From NCBI RefSeq assembly GCF_006345805.1, contig NC_043007.1, positions 30,938,001 through 31,002,000 on the forward strand: a stretch of 64,000 bases of DNA, read 5' to 3'. This stretch comes from Octopus sinensis. Lineage: Eukaryota. The position numbers and the translations under genes were made by a program. Below, one piece after another: positions 24,568 through 36,590 of this stretch. The notes beneath the pieces were generated by a model that had not been told where the DNA came from, searched no databases, and worked only from the letters and a program-made list of their open reading frames with translations. The first letter of the stretch is position 1. Each line of letters starts with the position of its first letter.

Positions 24568-24933
24568 CCCGTGCTGGTAGCATATATAAAAAGCACTTTT
24601 TGAGTATTCGGCCTCACAGAAGGAAAGTGGCTGATGCTGGCAGCACATGGAAAGCTGTTTTCAAGTGTTGGGCCTCACAGGGGCCTTTGGCGTTATGTTG
24701 AGCTTGAGAAGAAGACCCATCAAGCTGAACAAAATTGCAGTTGTGGCAGATGCCAGTGTCGTGCAAATGGTACTTAAAAGCATCCATTCTACTCTCAGAG
24801 TGGTTGGCGTTAGGAAAGGCATCCAGCTGTAGAAACCATGCCAAATCAGACTGGGATCTGGTGCAGCTTACCAGCCCAGATAGAACCGTCCAACCCATGC
24901 CAGCATGGACAACGGACACTAAATGACAATGAT
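24568..24933 (+). mobile_element. Family D repeat nested in a hAT-like MITE
   Basis: D core and tail lie between the MITE halves at 24507 and about 24995. Confidence 0.75.
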
Positions 24934-25460
24934 AAGGATAAGCATATTAAAAGGAGTATGGGAAAACTCATTTAAATAAGGGGGGTTGGGAAACATCAGT
25001 GTAATTGAAGAGGTGATGATAGGACCGGATTTTGGTCAAGATGTAATAGTCAATGTAATACAGCTTTATAATAGAAGGCATACAGGCCTAAGATGCCACA
25101 CAGTGGACTGAAACAAGAACCATGTGATTGGGAGGCAAATCCCTTACCACACAGCCATGCCATCACAAGAAACGCATACTCAACCCTCTTTCAGTCTCGG
25201 TCTGCCAAATCCACTCAAGGTTTTGGTAGGCCCAGTGCAATAGTAGAAAATACTTGCCCAAGGTGCTGCAGGAGATAGCCTTGAGACATAAAGCTTTGAG
25301 TGAATTTAGTAAGCAGAAACTAAAAGTTCATGGGGGGGGGGGGTGTGAAAGTGTGATTGGACTCAAAAGCTGGAAGACCAGAAACTAAACCTTAACGAGA
25401 AATTAAACGTAAATTTGATGAAGTTCACCTTTTAATTTGATCATTAAGTATACATGACCG

Positions 25461-25810
25461 AGGCGCAGGAGTGGCTGTGTGCCAAGTAGCTTGCTTACCA
25501 ACAACATGGTTCAGCCCCACTACGTGACTTTGGGAAAGTGTCTTCTACTATAGCCTCAGGCTGACCAAAACCTTGTGAGTGGATTTGGTAGACGGAAGCT
25601 GAAAGAAGCCTGTCATATGTGTGTGTGTGTGTTTGTTTCCCCACCATCGCTTGACAACCGATTGTTGGTGTGTTTATGTCCCCCATAACTTAGCGGTTCA
25701 GCAAAAAGAGACCAATAGAATAAGTACCAGGCTTACAAAGAATAAGTCCTGGGACTGATTTGTTTGACTAAAGAAAGTGCTCCAGCATGGTCGCACCCAA
25801 ATGACAAACA
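25461..25810 (+). mobile_element. Family A SINE, full length
   Basis: aggcgcaggagtggctgtgtg head through ctccagcatggtcgca tail. Confidence 0.85.
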
Positions 25811-26069
25811 ACGAGTATAATAACCAAGCTCAAGTAATCAAGACAAATTACTGTGCACAACAAGGGGGTTTGTCATTATTAGACATGGAGATGGGGCAGC
25901 GAGGTGGCAGAGATGTTAGCACACTGGACGATATGCTCAGCAGTATTTCGCCTGTACATTCCAAGTTCAACTTCTGCCATGGTCAACTTTGCTTTTCATC
26001 CTTTCGAGTAACAGTGAAGCACAGGGTTTGATGTAATCAACTAGTCCCCTCACGCAAAATCTCAGGCAT

Positions 26070-26232
26070 TCGACTACATTCTTGGAGTGGTTGACATTAG
26101 GAAGGGCATCCAGCTGTAGAAACTCTGCCAGATCAAGGTTGGAGCCTGGTGCAGCCTTCTGGCTTCTCAGACCCTGGTCGAACCGTCCAACCCATGCCAG
26201 CATGGAAAGCAGACATTAAACGACGATGATGA
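26070..26232 (+). mobile_element. Family D 3' fragment
   Basis: ttaggaagggcatccagctgtagaaa...ttaaacgacgatgatg. Confidence 0.8.
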
Positions 26233-26491
26233 TTGTGCCTATAGTAGAAAGGATTATCAGGCATGGAGATATTTTAACCCTTCTGATACGAACCCAGCTG
26301 AGACAGGCCCTGATACCAAGATATGTCCCCAGTTTTTAGAGTAAAATCTTCAAAATTTCAAGTTAACATGTTCCAAACCCCAGTTAAAAACCATTTTATT
26401 GAAGTCTTATTTTGAAAACTAAATGAAAGCAAAGTAGAGTATTTTTAAAGAAATATGGTAACAAGAAGAAACTTTTAAGAATTTACCTTCA

Positions 26492-26633
26492 TCAATGTTT
26501 TGAGGAAAGTCTCAGAAAGTAAGAACAATATTTCTTTTTTGATTTTCGAAAAAAGTATGGCCGTGAAATTATGGAGTTTTTGTATGTTGATGTTTTCTTC
26601 TTTGTGGCAGGGGATTTTCGGTTGGGACACTCA
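26492..26633 (-). CDS. RING + TRAF-type zinc-finger protein, exon 4 (to the stop codon)
   Basis: ttttcAG acceptor; (N)ECPNRKSPATKKKTSTYKNSIISRPYFFRKSKKKYCSYFLRLSSKH-stop. It completes C-x4-C-x11-H-x3-C across the junction. TGA at 26494-26492. Confidence 0.8.
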
Positions 26634-27427
26634 CTGAAAAAGCAAACAAAGAAAAAGAAACGTTTTTACAAAAGATTAAAATTTAAATTCCACAGCACAT
26701 AAAAAAGCACCAGCTGAACGTGGCTGATGCCAGTAACCCCCCGACTGGCGGCACATAAAAAGCACCAGACTTCTGACTATTTTGGCAAAATTTTTACAGC
26801 TGGATGCCCTTCCTAACACCAACCACTCAAGAGAGTGGACTCAGTGCATTTTGTGGCACAAGCACAGGTGAGGTCAGTTTTGGTAGAGTTTTTATAGCTT
26901 TTTCAGCCCTTCCAAACTCCAACCACTTCACAGTGTGGATCAGGTGCTTATTTGGCTAGATTGAGGGTCCAAACAAGGAAGTACTTTGCAAAGATGGAGG
27001 CTGAGTGGGACCCTGCTTGATGGTTGTTTGTCCAGGAAGACCCAAGAATGAACAAGACAAATGGTGAAAGCAGCAATGGTGCAACCCCACTGCCTAAACC
27101 TGCTTATTATTGGGTAAGCTCCAATTGTTTCAACTGATCAAAGGAAAGCATTTGCTTTTCAAGCTGTAGACACAGTCTTTACAATGGAACCGGTCTTAGA
27201 AGGATTACAATCTAAGGTTCTTATCAGAATTGTTGTTGTTGAGCAGACAAGGCTGCCTCGCAAACAAATCAATAACCTCACTCAACAGACATCACAACTG
27301 AGCAGTTTCCATTCACATCATTCCTATAAAACTACATTATAGGTAAGGCTATGAGAATACAAGGATGACCTACTCACTACATGACAGAAGTTTGTACCCT
27401 GATGCCATTCCTAGGACTTTGGTAATG

Positions 27428-27740
27428 TCATCATCATTTAACGTCCATTTTCCATGCTAGCATGGGTTGGACAGTTCAACTGGGGTCTGGTAAGCCATGG
27501 AGGCTGCACCAGGCTCCAGTCTGATCTGGCAGTGTTTCTACAGCTGGATGCCCTTCCAAACGCTAACCACTCCATGAGTGTAGTGGGTGCTTTTTACATG
27601 CCACCGGCACAGGGGCCAGAGGAGGCTGGCAAACGGCCATGATTGGTTGATGCTTTTACGTGTCACCGACACGGACGCCAGTCAGTCGGCACTGGCATCT
27701 GCCACATTCGGACAGTGCTTCTCGCGTGTCACTGGCACAG
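27428..27740 (-). mobile_element. Family D repeat
   Basis: tcatcatcatttaacgtcc start on the plus strand. Confidence 0.85.
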
Positions 27741-27773
27741 GAAGAGGACATAGGAAGACCAAGTGAAACTTAC

Positions 27774-27887
27774 TTGAAGTGTTGTTCTTGATCCCAGCTC
27801 CACATTTCATAATTACAGCCTTCATTTGGACATTCCACAATCCCAAGACACTTTTGGATTTCAATATTATCATCAGGGATAACGGGT
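27774..27887 (-). CDS. RING + TRAF-type zinc-finger protein, exon 3
   Basis: ttttAG acceptor; (K)PVIPDDNIEIQKCLGIVECPNEGCNYEMWSWDQEQHF; donor GTAAGT. Confidence 0.85.
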
Positions 27888-28196
27888 CTAAAACAGAAAC
27901 GAGATGGGTTTTAAAATATTACAGCCTGCAATAAAAAAAAAAAAAAAAAAATCACTCTTTATACTGTCCTTTCTTACAAATCGACTTAATTCACATCTTT
28001 AAAACTGAGGACTGGTTAGATGGAGTCCATTGTGGAAAGTCAAACTCATAGACAGACATCACAGTATCTATCTAGGTTGTCCCTCGGGATGCCCCACTTC
28101 TAACCTGGGTGCTGTTAACATGTGGTTTCATAGGGGTTTCGGCTGCACATACTATAGGAGTCACAGGGTGCTGCTCCATATGCCAGCTTGGACAAA

Positions 28197-28570
28197 TCAT
28201 CTTTTAACGTCCGTTTTCCATGCTGCCATGGGTTGGACAGTTTGACTGGGGTCTGGGAAGCCAGGACGCTGCACCAGGCACCAGTCTGATCTGGGTGTGT
28301 TTCTACAGCTTGATGCCCTTCCTAATACCAACCACTCCATGAATGTAGTGGGTGCTTTTTACATGCCAGGGGAGCCTGGCAGCGGCCACGATTGGTTGGT
28401 GCCTCTTACGTGCCACCGGTACAGGAATCACAATTACAATTTCCATTGATTTTTGATGTACTTGACTCAATAGGTCTCCTCAAGCACAGGGTCAAAACGG
28501 TGCTTTTTTTACTTTCCACATGCACAAGAGTCAGTCCAGCGGCACTGGCAACGGCTGGGTGCCAGTCATA
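28197..28570 (-). mobile_element. Family D repeat
   Basis: D core and subrepeats. Confidence 0.8.
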
Positions 28571-28703
28571 GGATTTGGTTCAATTTCAATTCTTATTCTA
28601 AAAAAGATTAACATTAATGCATTTTCTCCAAACCATTTTGATTCATTAAAAGCCTTATTTAAAAAAAAATAAATAAATAAAAGTAAAAAAGCAGTGTACT
28701 TAC

Positions 28704-28862
28704 TTTTTTTCTGGGAACTGGCCAGTTTGGTTACATAGTGGACAGGACATAATTCGAAGACTATTATCTTTATTATTATAAAGACAATCCACACAAAATT
28801 TGTGCTGACATTTCCCATAGACCATCCTAAGTCTTGGACACAAACATACCATGCAACAGAAT
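28704..28862 (-). CDS. RING + TRAF-type zinc-finger protein, exon 2 (C3HC4 RING)
   Basis: Pyrimidine tract and ctacAG; (R)FCCMVCLCPRLRMVYGKCQHKFCVDCLYNNKDNSLRIMSCPLCNQTGQFPEK = C-x2-C-x11-C-x-H-x2-C-x2-C-x13-C-x2-C; donor GTAAGT; phases match exons 1 and 3. Confidence 0.9.
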
Positions 28863-29320
28863 CTGTAGACAAGGAGAGGGGAAAAAAAAAAAAATCAAGG
28901 AAAAAATTTAATACAAATATAAACAGAAGCTATTTATTTATGGGTGGTGTATTCTCCCATTTTTTTTTTTTAACAGTAAGTTTATCTACACGGCTGTGCA
29001 CATGGCCTGATGGTTAAGGCATTGCACTAGATGGTGGTTTCGATTCCTAGACCGAGTGTTGTGTCGTGTTCTTGAGCAAAACTCGATTGCATATTGCTCC
29101 AGTCCACTCACCTGTAAATGGGTAACTAAATGAGTACCCTTCTGATTGAGGTGGGGGGTGTTCGCCTGCACACCCTAGCTAGTGGGGTGCCACCATTCAA
29201 AAGTGGCCAGCAATGTTTAATGACAACACTGATGATATATTGTTACACAATTCACAAACACTTTCTCTCTCAGTCAATCACACATTCAAAAAGATGCGAG
29301 GAAAAAATTTTTTAATTGGC

Positions 29321-29593
29321 ATTCTTTCGATATAACTCGACAAAAATCAAAACATTCCATTTGGGGTATTTCCGTGGGTTGTGGAGTTTAGATATAACGA
29401 AATTATGCCAGCAATGTCTCGTTTAAAACTTGAAGGAAAAAAAAAGCCTTGCATATTTGTTCTTACCAGTTTCGTGTGTTTATGTAAAAATCCGCAAATT
29501 TCCAAGCAGAAAACAGAATTGAACTGTCGTTTGCTTCCACGGAAATACCCGGAGTGAAGTGTTTTGATTTCTGTCGAGTTATATCGAAAGAAT
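29321..29593. repeat. Inverted repeat with arms of about 58 bp (MITE-like, no TSD seen)
   Basis: attctttcgatataactcgacaaaaatcaaaac...ggtatttccgtgg / ccacggaaatacc...gttttgatttctgtcgagttatatcgaaagaat. Confidence 0.75.
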
Positions 29594-29757
29594 AAGAAAA
29601 AAAAACAAAAAAAAAAACCATAGGCCGTTACTCTCCCCCATCTCCCTTCTCTCATACAGGCTTTCTGTCTCGACCCCCCCCCCCCCCGCCGACACACGTC
29701 CCTGTCGAATTCCTCTCCGTTTCACTTTATCAGGAGATCAAGGGAAACGAAAACACT

Positions 29758-30090
29758 TTGTATACATACGTGTATAATTTACACACACACACACACATTG
29801 TGTACGTACACACACATCCACATACTGTGTACACACACACACAGTGTACACACACACACACATACACATAGTGTACACGCACACACATACATAGTGTACA
29901 CACACACACATAGTGTACACACACACATAGTGTGTACACACATACATAGTGTACACACACATACATAGTGTACACACACAGTGTACACACAAATATAGTG
30001 TACACACATCCACATACTGTTTACACACACATATAGTGTACATACACATATTGTGTACACACACACACATTATATATCTATGCATGTATA
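29758..30090. repeat. Compound (CA)n / tagtgtacacac tandem repeat
   Basis: Irregular units of about 20 bp built on gtgtacacac. Confidence 0.9.
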
Positions 30091-30304
30091 AATCTAAATG
30101 GTGAAAGTAAAGAATTCGTTCTACCCGGGTGTTTAGGATTAGGGGGGGGGGTCAGGGCTTTTGTTACGCCGAAAGCGGGAGGTGTACGCATTCTCTAGCT
30201 CGGCCAAAACCTTATATAATAATAATAACAACAACAGTAATTCCCATTGTGTTTCGAAGAGAAAAAAGCGAAAGAGAGAGAGAGAGAGTGTTGTGTCTCT
30301 TTAC

Positions 30305-30348
30305 CGTTGTTCGTTGCAGTTCTTGTCCGGCGGCGGCGACGGTTCCAT
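30305..30348 (-). CDS. RING + TRAF-type zinc-finger protein, exon 1
   Basis: Minus strand acacaATGg (good Kozak context), MEPSPPPDKNCNEQ(R), donor CG|GTAAAG (phase 2), in a CpG-rich region. Confidence 0.75.
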
Positions 30349-30598
30349 TGTGTCGAAGACTCTTTTCGAAATAAAACACCTCAGAGCAACGCAGTGGTGG
30401 GGCGGTGTGTGTGTGTGCAAAGAATACTTATGAAAAACGATATATTCCAAGCAAGTTCCGTCCTCCAAAAAAAACCTTTCCTTTCCTTGTCGAATCCGTC
30501 CGGAAGCGATTCTCTTGGAAACACGAAGAATGTTTTTTTTATACGAAATGACAACAAAAATGTCTTCCTCGGTTTTGATGTTAGCGCCCTGCTTTCTG

Positions 30599-30603
30599 AT
30601 TGG
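30599..30603 (-). promoter_or_regulatory. CCAAT box in the CpG-rich promoter region of the RING gene
   Basis: Minus strand cgaCCAATcag about 250 nt upstream of the ATG, within a CpG-rich, repeat-free stretch (about 30100-30660). Confidence 0.45.
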
Positions 30604-30669
30604 TCGAGCCAGGCCGCACTCGAGCGCCGTCTGTGGCTCGTCAACTGTAACTAGCGGGACATAACTCTC

Positions 30670-31062
30670 TCTTTTACTCTTACTTGTTTCAGTCCTTTGA
30701 CTGCGGCCATGCTGGAGTACCGCCTTTTAGTCGAGCAAATTCGACCCCGGGACTTATTCTTTTGTAAGCCCAGTACTTATTCTATCAGTCTCTTTTTGCC
30801 GAACCGCTAAGTGACAGGGATATAAACACACCAGCATCGGTTGTCAAGCAATGCTAGGGGGACAGACACAGACACACAAACATACACGCACATATATACA
30901 TATATACGACGGGCTTCTTTCAGTTTCCGTCTACCAACTCCACTCACAAGGCTTTGGTCGGCCCGAGGCTATAGTAGAAGACACTTGCCCAAGGTGCCAC
31001 GCAGTGGGATTGAACCCGGAACCATGTGGATGGTAGGCAAGCTACTTATCACACAGCCACTC
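30670..31062 (-). mobile_element. Family A SINE, full length
   Basis: Complete tail, microsatellite and head, low divergence. Confidence 0.9.
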
Positions 31063-31714
31063 TGTGCAACTTTATTAAAATATACTTTCTACTATAGGCA
31101 CAAGGCCGGGAATTTTATGGGAGGGAACAAGCGGATTAGATCGACCTCAGTGCGTAACTGGCACTTGATTTATCGACTTGGAAAAGATGAAAGGCGAAGT
31201 CAACCGTCGGCGGAACTTGAACTCAGATCGTAGCCACGGGTGAAATACGCATTTCGCAATTTTTTTATTTTTCATAAGGGGACATTATAATCTGATATGG
31301 GGTCAGATTTCAGGTACTACTTAAGGAAAAATGTTACGGCAGAAATCGTTTTCACCTCAATAGACGTCATTGATTGGTTGAAATTGTCGAAATACAAGAA
31401 TTTAAACAACAAATAGCTTACAAACTACAGAATTCTCTCAAGAAAGCCAAGACAAAAAGATGTTTTATGTAACACATTCTACCAGTATATGAAGTTTAAA
31501 AGTGTTTAGTTACAAAGAAATTATTTTTAAAATCTGCCAGTCAAAGAGAAAAGATCCGAAACTTGAACTCAGATCATAGCCACGGGTGAAATACCGCTAA
31601 GCATTTTGCAAATTTTTTATTTTCCACAAGGGGACAACAAAGAGAGGGACATTACAATCTGATATGGGGTCAGATTTCACATATGAGTTAACAAAAAAAT
31701 GAATTTAAAGATTT

Positions 31715-32945
31715 TACATAAATATGAATAGTTCGAATGATAACATATACAAGACAACAATACAGAATGGAGTGGGGAGACGGGATATGCTCGGACCCCA
31801 CAAGCCCCGTCTCACCACTAACGCTTTGGGTTCGTCCTGCATTGTATTCATGCGGTCCTGTCCATATGCAACATTCATGCGATATTCTTCCATCAATCTT
31901 GGAACATTTTCACGGACAAGCATTTTTTCTCTAACCCTATTTTCCTTCTTAGGTGGAAGGTGAAGAAATTCACCATGTCAGGGCCAGAGATAAAAATGCC
32001 TGTTATTAACCCTTTCATTCACGTCTTCCAAATCACCTCTCTTGCAGTTGCTACTACGATGAGAAAACAATTCTTACCTTCTTTCGATAGGAAATCCGGT
32101 GGGTCAATTTTTACTATTGACTCACTCGATAGCTGTACTCTTCCTGTACTCTTCCTGTACTTGTACATCTGACACCTCCAAACTCTGAACAATAGCATGC
32201 AGGACGGTTTCCCTGTCTCGCCCACATCTTGGACAGGTCGGTGGGCCAGCGCTACCATGCCTTGTGAGTTTGTCCCAGACAGGTAAGGCTCCTCGGTAAC
32301 ATTGCCATGCCAAAGACTTCTGGAAGTTACACAGTGTTTTCGGCCCAAATGTACATTGGAACAGACTGGCCAGCTGGTTATCATCGAGACCTAGGGCTTC
32401 CCCCAAGGTATCATCACATTTCGCCTCTACCAACCCTCTATGGAAGAATGTGGTAGAACCACTACCGCAGGCATTGCCCGAGAGATGGAATGTCCGGAGA
32501 GCCTTACAACAGTCCATAAAACATGTACCCAACTTCGATCTATGATAGAAACAGGTATCCAGTCCACCGATGCAAGTGAACTTGGGAAACAGATGTTTCG
32601 CAAGCGGAGACCACACCCAATCACTATCCAGATGGAGCCACAGATGCCTCAACCTCAGCGTTTGCCTGCGCATCATCAGCCAAGGCATCCCTGGCCCACC
32701 CTTTAACGGTTGTTGGCAGCAAATAGAGCATCTCACAAGCAGTTTCAAGCCCTTCCACAAGAATCAGAAGAGCTGTCTTTCCAGCTTGCTCAACCACAAA
32801 TCAGGGCAAGGAATGACGGTTAGGCGGTAGGTGATGACCGATGCGATAAACACATTGGTCACCTCCGCTCTCCCTTTCTGGGATAGCCACTGCCAAAACC
32901 AGGTCTTGGCTATGTCCTTGCCTCCATGAGGCCCAATGCTCAAAA
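31715..32945 (-). mobile_element. Tx1/L1-clade LINE 3' fragment with zf-RVT-like region
   Basis: SLAWQCYRGALPVWDKLTRHG...CPRCGRDRETVLHA; frameshifted. Confidence 0.8.
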
Positions 32946-33012
32946 AGTGCTTTTATGTGCCACCAGCACATTGTGATAAATATTAATCACACCCTCTTTA
33001 AGTAGCCACAGC

Positions 33013-33155
33013 AGTGATTTTCAACCAGGGTCCGTATAGCTCTTAGGCGAAGGGGTCCACATAAGATTTTGCTGCTAAAATTTATTTGCAATAAACTGGT
33101 TCTGCTTCTGCCGGACCCAAAATATTTTAACAGTTTCTTTTATACAATTCCTATG
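33013..33155. mobile_element. hAT-like MITE end
   Basis: cagtgattttcaacc terminus; reverse-complement match to 61650-61775. Confidence 0.5.
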
Positions 33156-33182
33156 AGCATTTAATTATAGAAATAGAATACA

Positions 33183-33574
33183 ACTAGTAGTATCGCCCGG
33201 TGTTGCTCGGGTTTGTTTCGACCCTTTAGAATTGGAATTTTTGATAAGTAAAAATTTTGCATTATGTAGCTTGTTATTCTTTTTAAGTGAACGTTTTTCT
33301 GGTTGAAATACACCGAAAAATGATGACACAGCAGTCAAAAAATCGTAAAAAATAGGGATTTTCATAGAAAAAAAGCACCTTTTTGATGTAAATAATTTTT
33401 GGTGTTAACATGGTCCAATTTGAATTTTTTCTTGTACGGAAGGAAGAGCAAGCCTTCTTCTATCATACTCTCAATTTTGGTCAACTTGCGCCACAGGGTC
33501 TCGGAGGAGATAGTGTTAGTTGAAGGCTACCAAACCTGCCATACACAGACAACTTCAGCTTTATATATAGAGAG
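33183..33574 (+). mobile_element. Helentron/HINE-like non-autonomous element, type H1
   Basis: actagtagtatcgcccggtgttgctcgggtttg start, caacttcagctttatatatagag end; near-identical to 56246-56640. Confidence 0.7.
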
Positions 33575-34269
33575 ATTATTTGAGCATCAAATGGCCATGG
33601 AGGTCTCTGTGAGTGAAGCAGCAATCAAATGGGTTCATAGGATAGATAGGGATCAAAGTTGTAAAGAAATATTTACTTGGTATAATGCCATGCCTCGACA
33701 GGCAGGTGTGATATAATTGAAAGAGCATGCGAGCTTAAGAAAGTTAATTCCAGCCTGTATGCGTATACACGTTCATCTTGTAGTAGTAAACCCAAGATAG
33801 TGATAGAATTGTGCTGTAAGAGAAAAAGAAATGGAGCCGAGGGAAGTTGTCTCATAGTTAGCTGATTGTAACCTTTCTCCCTCTGGCTATTTGTCTTTTG
33901 TGGCTGCCTGCTTTTGGCCATGACCCTGGTCATCTCGGTTCCCCAACTGATTTTGCCTTACCAAATTCTAGTATTTATAACTATGCAAAACCAGCTAGAA
34001 GGATAGAAATAGTGTTGAGAACAACAGATTTCTTTGGGGGTCTGTTATCTCTAATCTAGCTTTTGGTAAAATTGAAGAGGTCAGAAGGGTCAAGTGGCAA
34101 AGACATTATTCTGTTTAGTGAAGGCATTTGGTCAATGTAATTGCTGTCACTCACAGAAAAACTATTGTTTTGCCGTGAGAAAAGTGTTGTTGAACTGCTA
34201 AGTGAACTTTGGCAATCAAGAATCATGCCTTGTCTGCATGAAACCACTGCAAAGCACTCTTCTGCAGTT

Positions 34270-34470
34270 GATTAGCCCATTTTTTCAGGCTCAGAGTTGC
34301 TGAAGCATGGAACAAACTGCCTGCGTCAGTTGTTGACTGCCATGACACTGCATCCTTTAAGGCCCTCATGCTTTCCGAAATCTGCCGAAACTACACCTGA
34401 TTATACATACACTTTAGATGAGTTGTAGTGCACCTGAGCACTGTACACAATGTTTTTATTATTATTATTA
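34270..34470 (+). mobile_element. CR1-like LINE 3' end
   Basis: gctgaagcatggaacaaactgcc...cacctgagcactgtacacaa-(att)n, same family as 13664-14140. Confidence 0.75.
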
Positions 34471-34872
34471 TATCCCATTCTCCTAGATATTTAAAGCATC
34501 TCAGCTTCTGTAATTTGTTTGTAGCCATTGAAACATTTATTACGAGAAAGATTCCCCTGTGGTCATCTCTTTTTTCTTATTTCAAAGTCACAAAATATTT
34601 CTAGTCATAGTTTGAATTAGTAGTAGTCTTATGGGTACACATTTTTTTATTTGATCATCCATCCTGAACCCAAACTATTTGACCATTTCATGGATAGTAA
34701 TATTGCTTTTTGCTTTTATTATTGCCTATATGTCAGCCGCTACAAGCATTTGATAACATACAAAATTAAAAACAATTCATATTTTAAACTTTATAGGTTT
34801 AATTCCAGTTTTAAATAACTGTATAAGAAAAAGGGTGCTGAATGTTTGCAAATTTTTAAACATAACAAAGAA

Positions 34873-36590
34873 TTAATATATTTTGTTAGATAAAATAAAT
34901 CGAAGCTGAAGTTTCTCCTTTTTACAAACATCATAAAGATCTTGAAGGTACTTGATTGCCCAATCTGCACTCTGATTTGTTCTGGGAATTCCCAGTTTTG
35001 ATGGGTCTCGACTCCAAAAGATTTTTACAAAGTTCAATGCTTTCTTATGACCTTGCAGGCTACCACAACTTCTAATAATCATGTACCTTGAATATTTGGT
35101 CAGTAAACCAAAAATCTCCACAGCTGTAAGGGATGAATCGACACACATTGAGAAACAAAACTCTTTTCCCTGGTAGAAGAATAAATGCCAAAAGAGCTAG
35201 TATTGCTTAATAATTCCATCTTGCATTACTTAAGCTGGGTATTTTTTGAAACTTTACAGTAGGAAATTTTCTGGTTTCTTCAAAGAAATGAAAAACTCTG
35301 ACGAAAAACAAATGTTGTCTCACCTTCCTGCTGACTTAGTAATCTTTTCTTCACAATTGTTGAAATTAACCTGGAGTTTCTTGTAATTACTTAGAAACTC
35401 TGGGATGAATGTATATTCAATATTGGGAGATGACTTTTTTCTCCAAGTTCATTATCCATTACAACATGAAGAACTCTATCAAGGATCTGATGCTGACAAC
35501 CAATAAATTGCACTTCTTTCAAACCTTTTCAAGCAAACAACCTTTGCAACTAAATGACAATGCCATTTCTTTTCCCAACAGTGACAATCATCTTAACACA
35601 GTCCCATAAATTGCATTCATCTAAAACAGTTGTTATTCCTTTCACAACAGTAACGGCTTTTCCATTTAGTAATAAGAGTGCTTCTAACTTAACTTCTCCC
35701 TGTTCATTCTTTAAAACTAGAACTTGGTATTCTTGGTCATCTATACGTTTACCATCTAAATGCAATGACCAATTTTCTAAATGTAGTGTTTTCTTTATTT
35801 TCTTTTTTAGCTTAACAGCTTCTTTGATAATCAATCTGTAAATACCACATTAGAAGGAGTCTTGACATTGATTCCATCTTGAGATAATTGTCGACAAACT
35901 GTTGCTGCTTTTTGGGTTGATAGCTTGGAAGATATTACTAACTTGGTTGCAGTTCCAGTTTTGCTATACTTACTCCTTGTTTGTGTGGATTCTTCATCTG
36001 ATTTTTCAGAGTCTTGATATTCACATTCTGTCTCTGCTTCAGACATTGCCAATGATACAGGAGTTGCTCTGGTTGAAGTTGTCATCAAGAACTCTTTTCT
36101 TTTTTTGGATGGATGGATAGTTTTGGAATTGGCTGCCTTTCCAGTTCCATACCCAACCTGTCTCTTGCTTTCAATTTCTATCCTTATTACACACCCATTC
36201 TCCATTTTCCTTTGTGATGTCAAAAATTCCTTTCAATGAATCATATTTTCATCGTTTTACACATTTATCATAGGTATTCAGGACTTTTTCTACTTTTGTT
36301 TGTACATTTTGAATTAATATGGGAAATTTAATTTCTTTTGCCATAAAAAAGTTACTTCTTTCGAAATTTCCTTTGTTCTTTATTTCCTTCCTTTGATGGT
36401 ACCTCCAAGGAACAGGTAGCAACCATCAATTTGAAGTTTGATTGGTATCCTGCAGTTGCTTTCCAAAGAATGCTCTTCTAGAGGAACAGGTCTTCTTTTC
36501 CTATGTGAGTCTTGAAATTGCATGAGATTCTTCGTCCAGATTTTTCTGTTTCTTTGAGTGACACAAGCACTTCTCTTATCAGACATTATT
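34873..36590 (-). pseudogene. Decayed DDE DNA-transposase (hAT-like, CxxH motif)
   Basis: Frameshifted pieces WSLHLDGKRID..YQVLVLKNE, LWDCVKMIVT(deletion)GKRNG, FIGCQHQILDRVL, IPRTNQSADWAIK..QDLY..CK..KLQLRFILSN; stops and deletions. Confidence 0.7.

Noticed and set aside
27925-27927. Upstream AG as the constitutive exon 3 acceptor of the RING gene
   Set aside because: It gives an immediate stop; the downstream AG keeps the frame and the zinc finger. Kept only as a possible poison site.
30247-30654. 135-aa plus-strand ORF in the CpG-rich region
   Set aside because: No recognisable motif; it is antisense to the RING-gene first exon and promoter.
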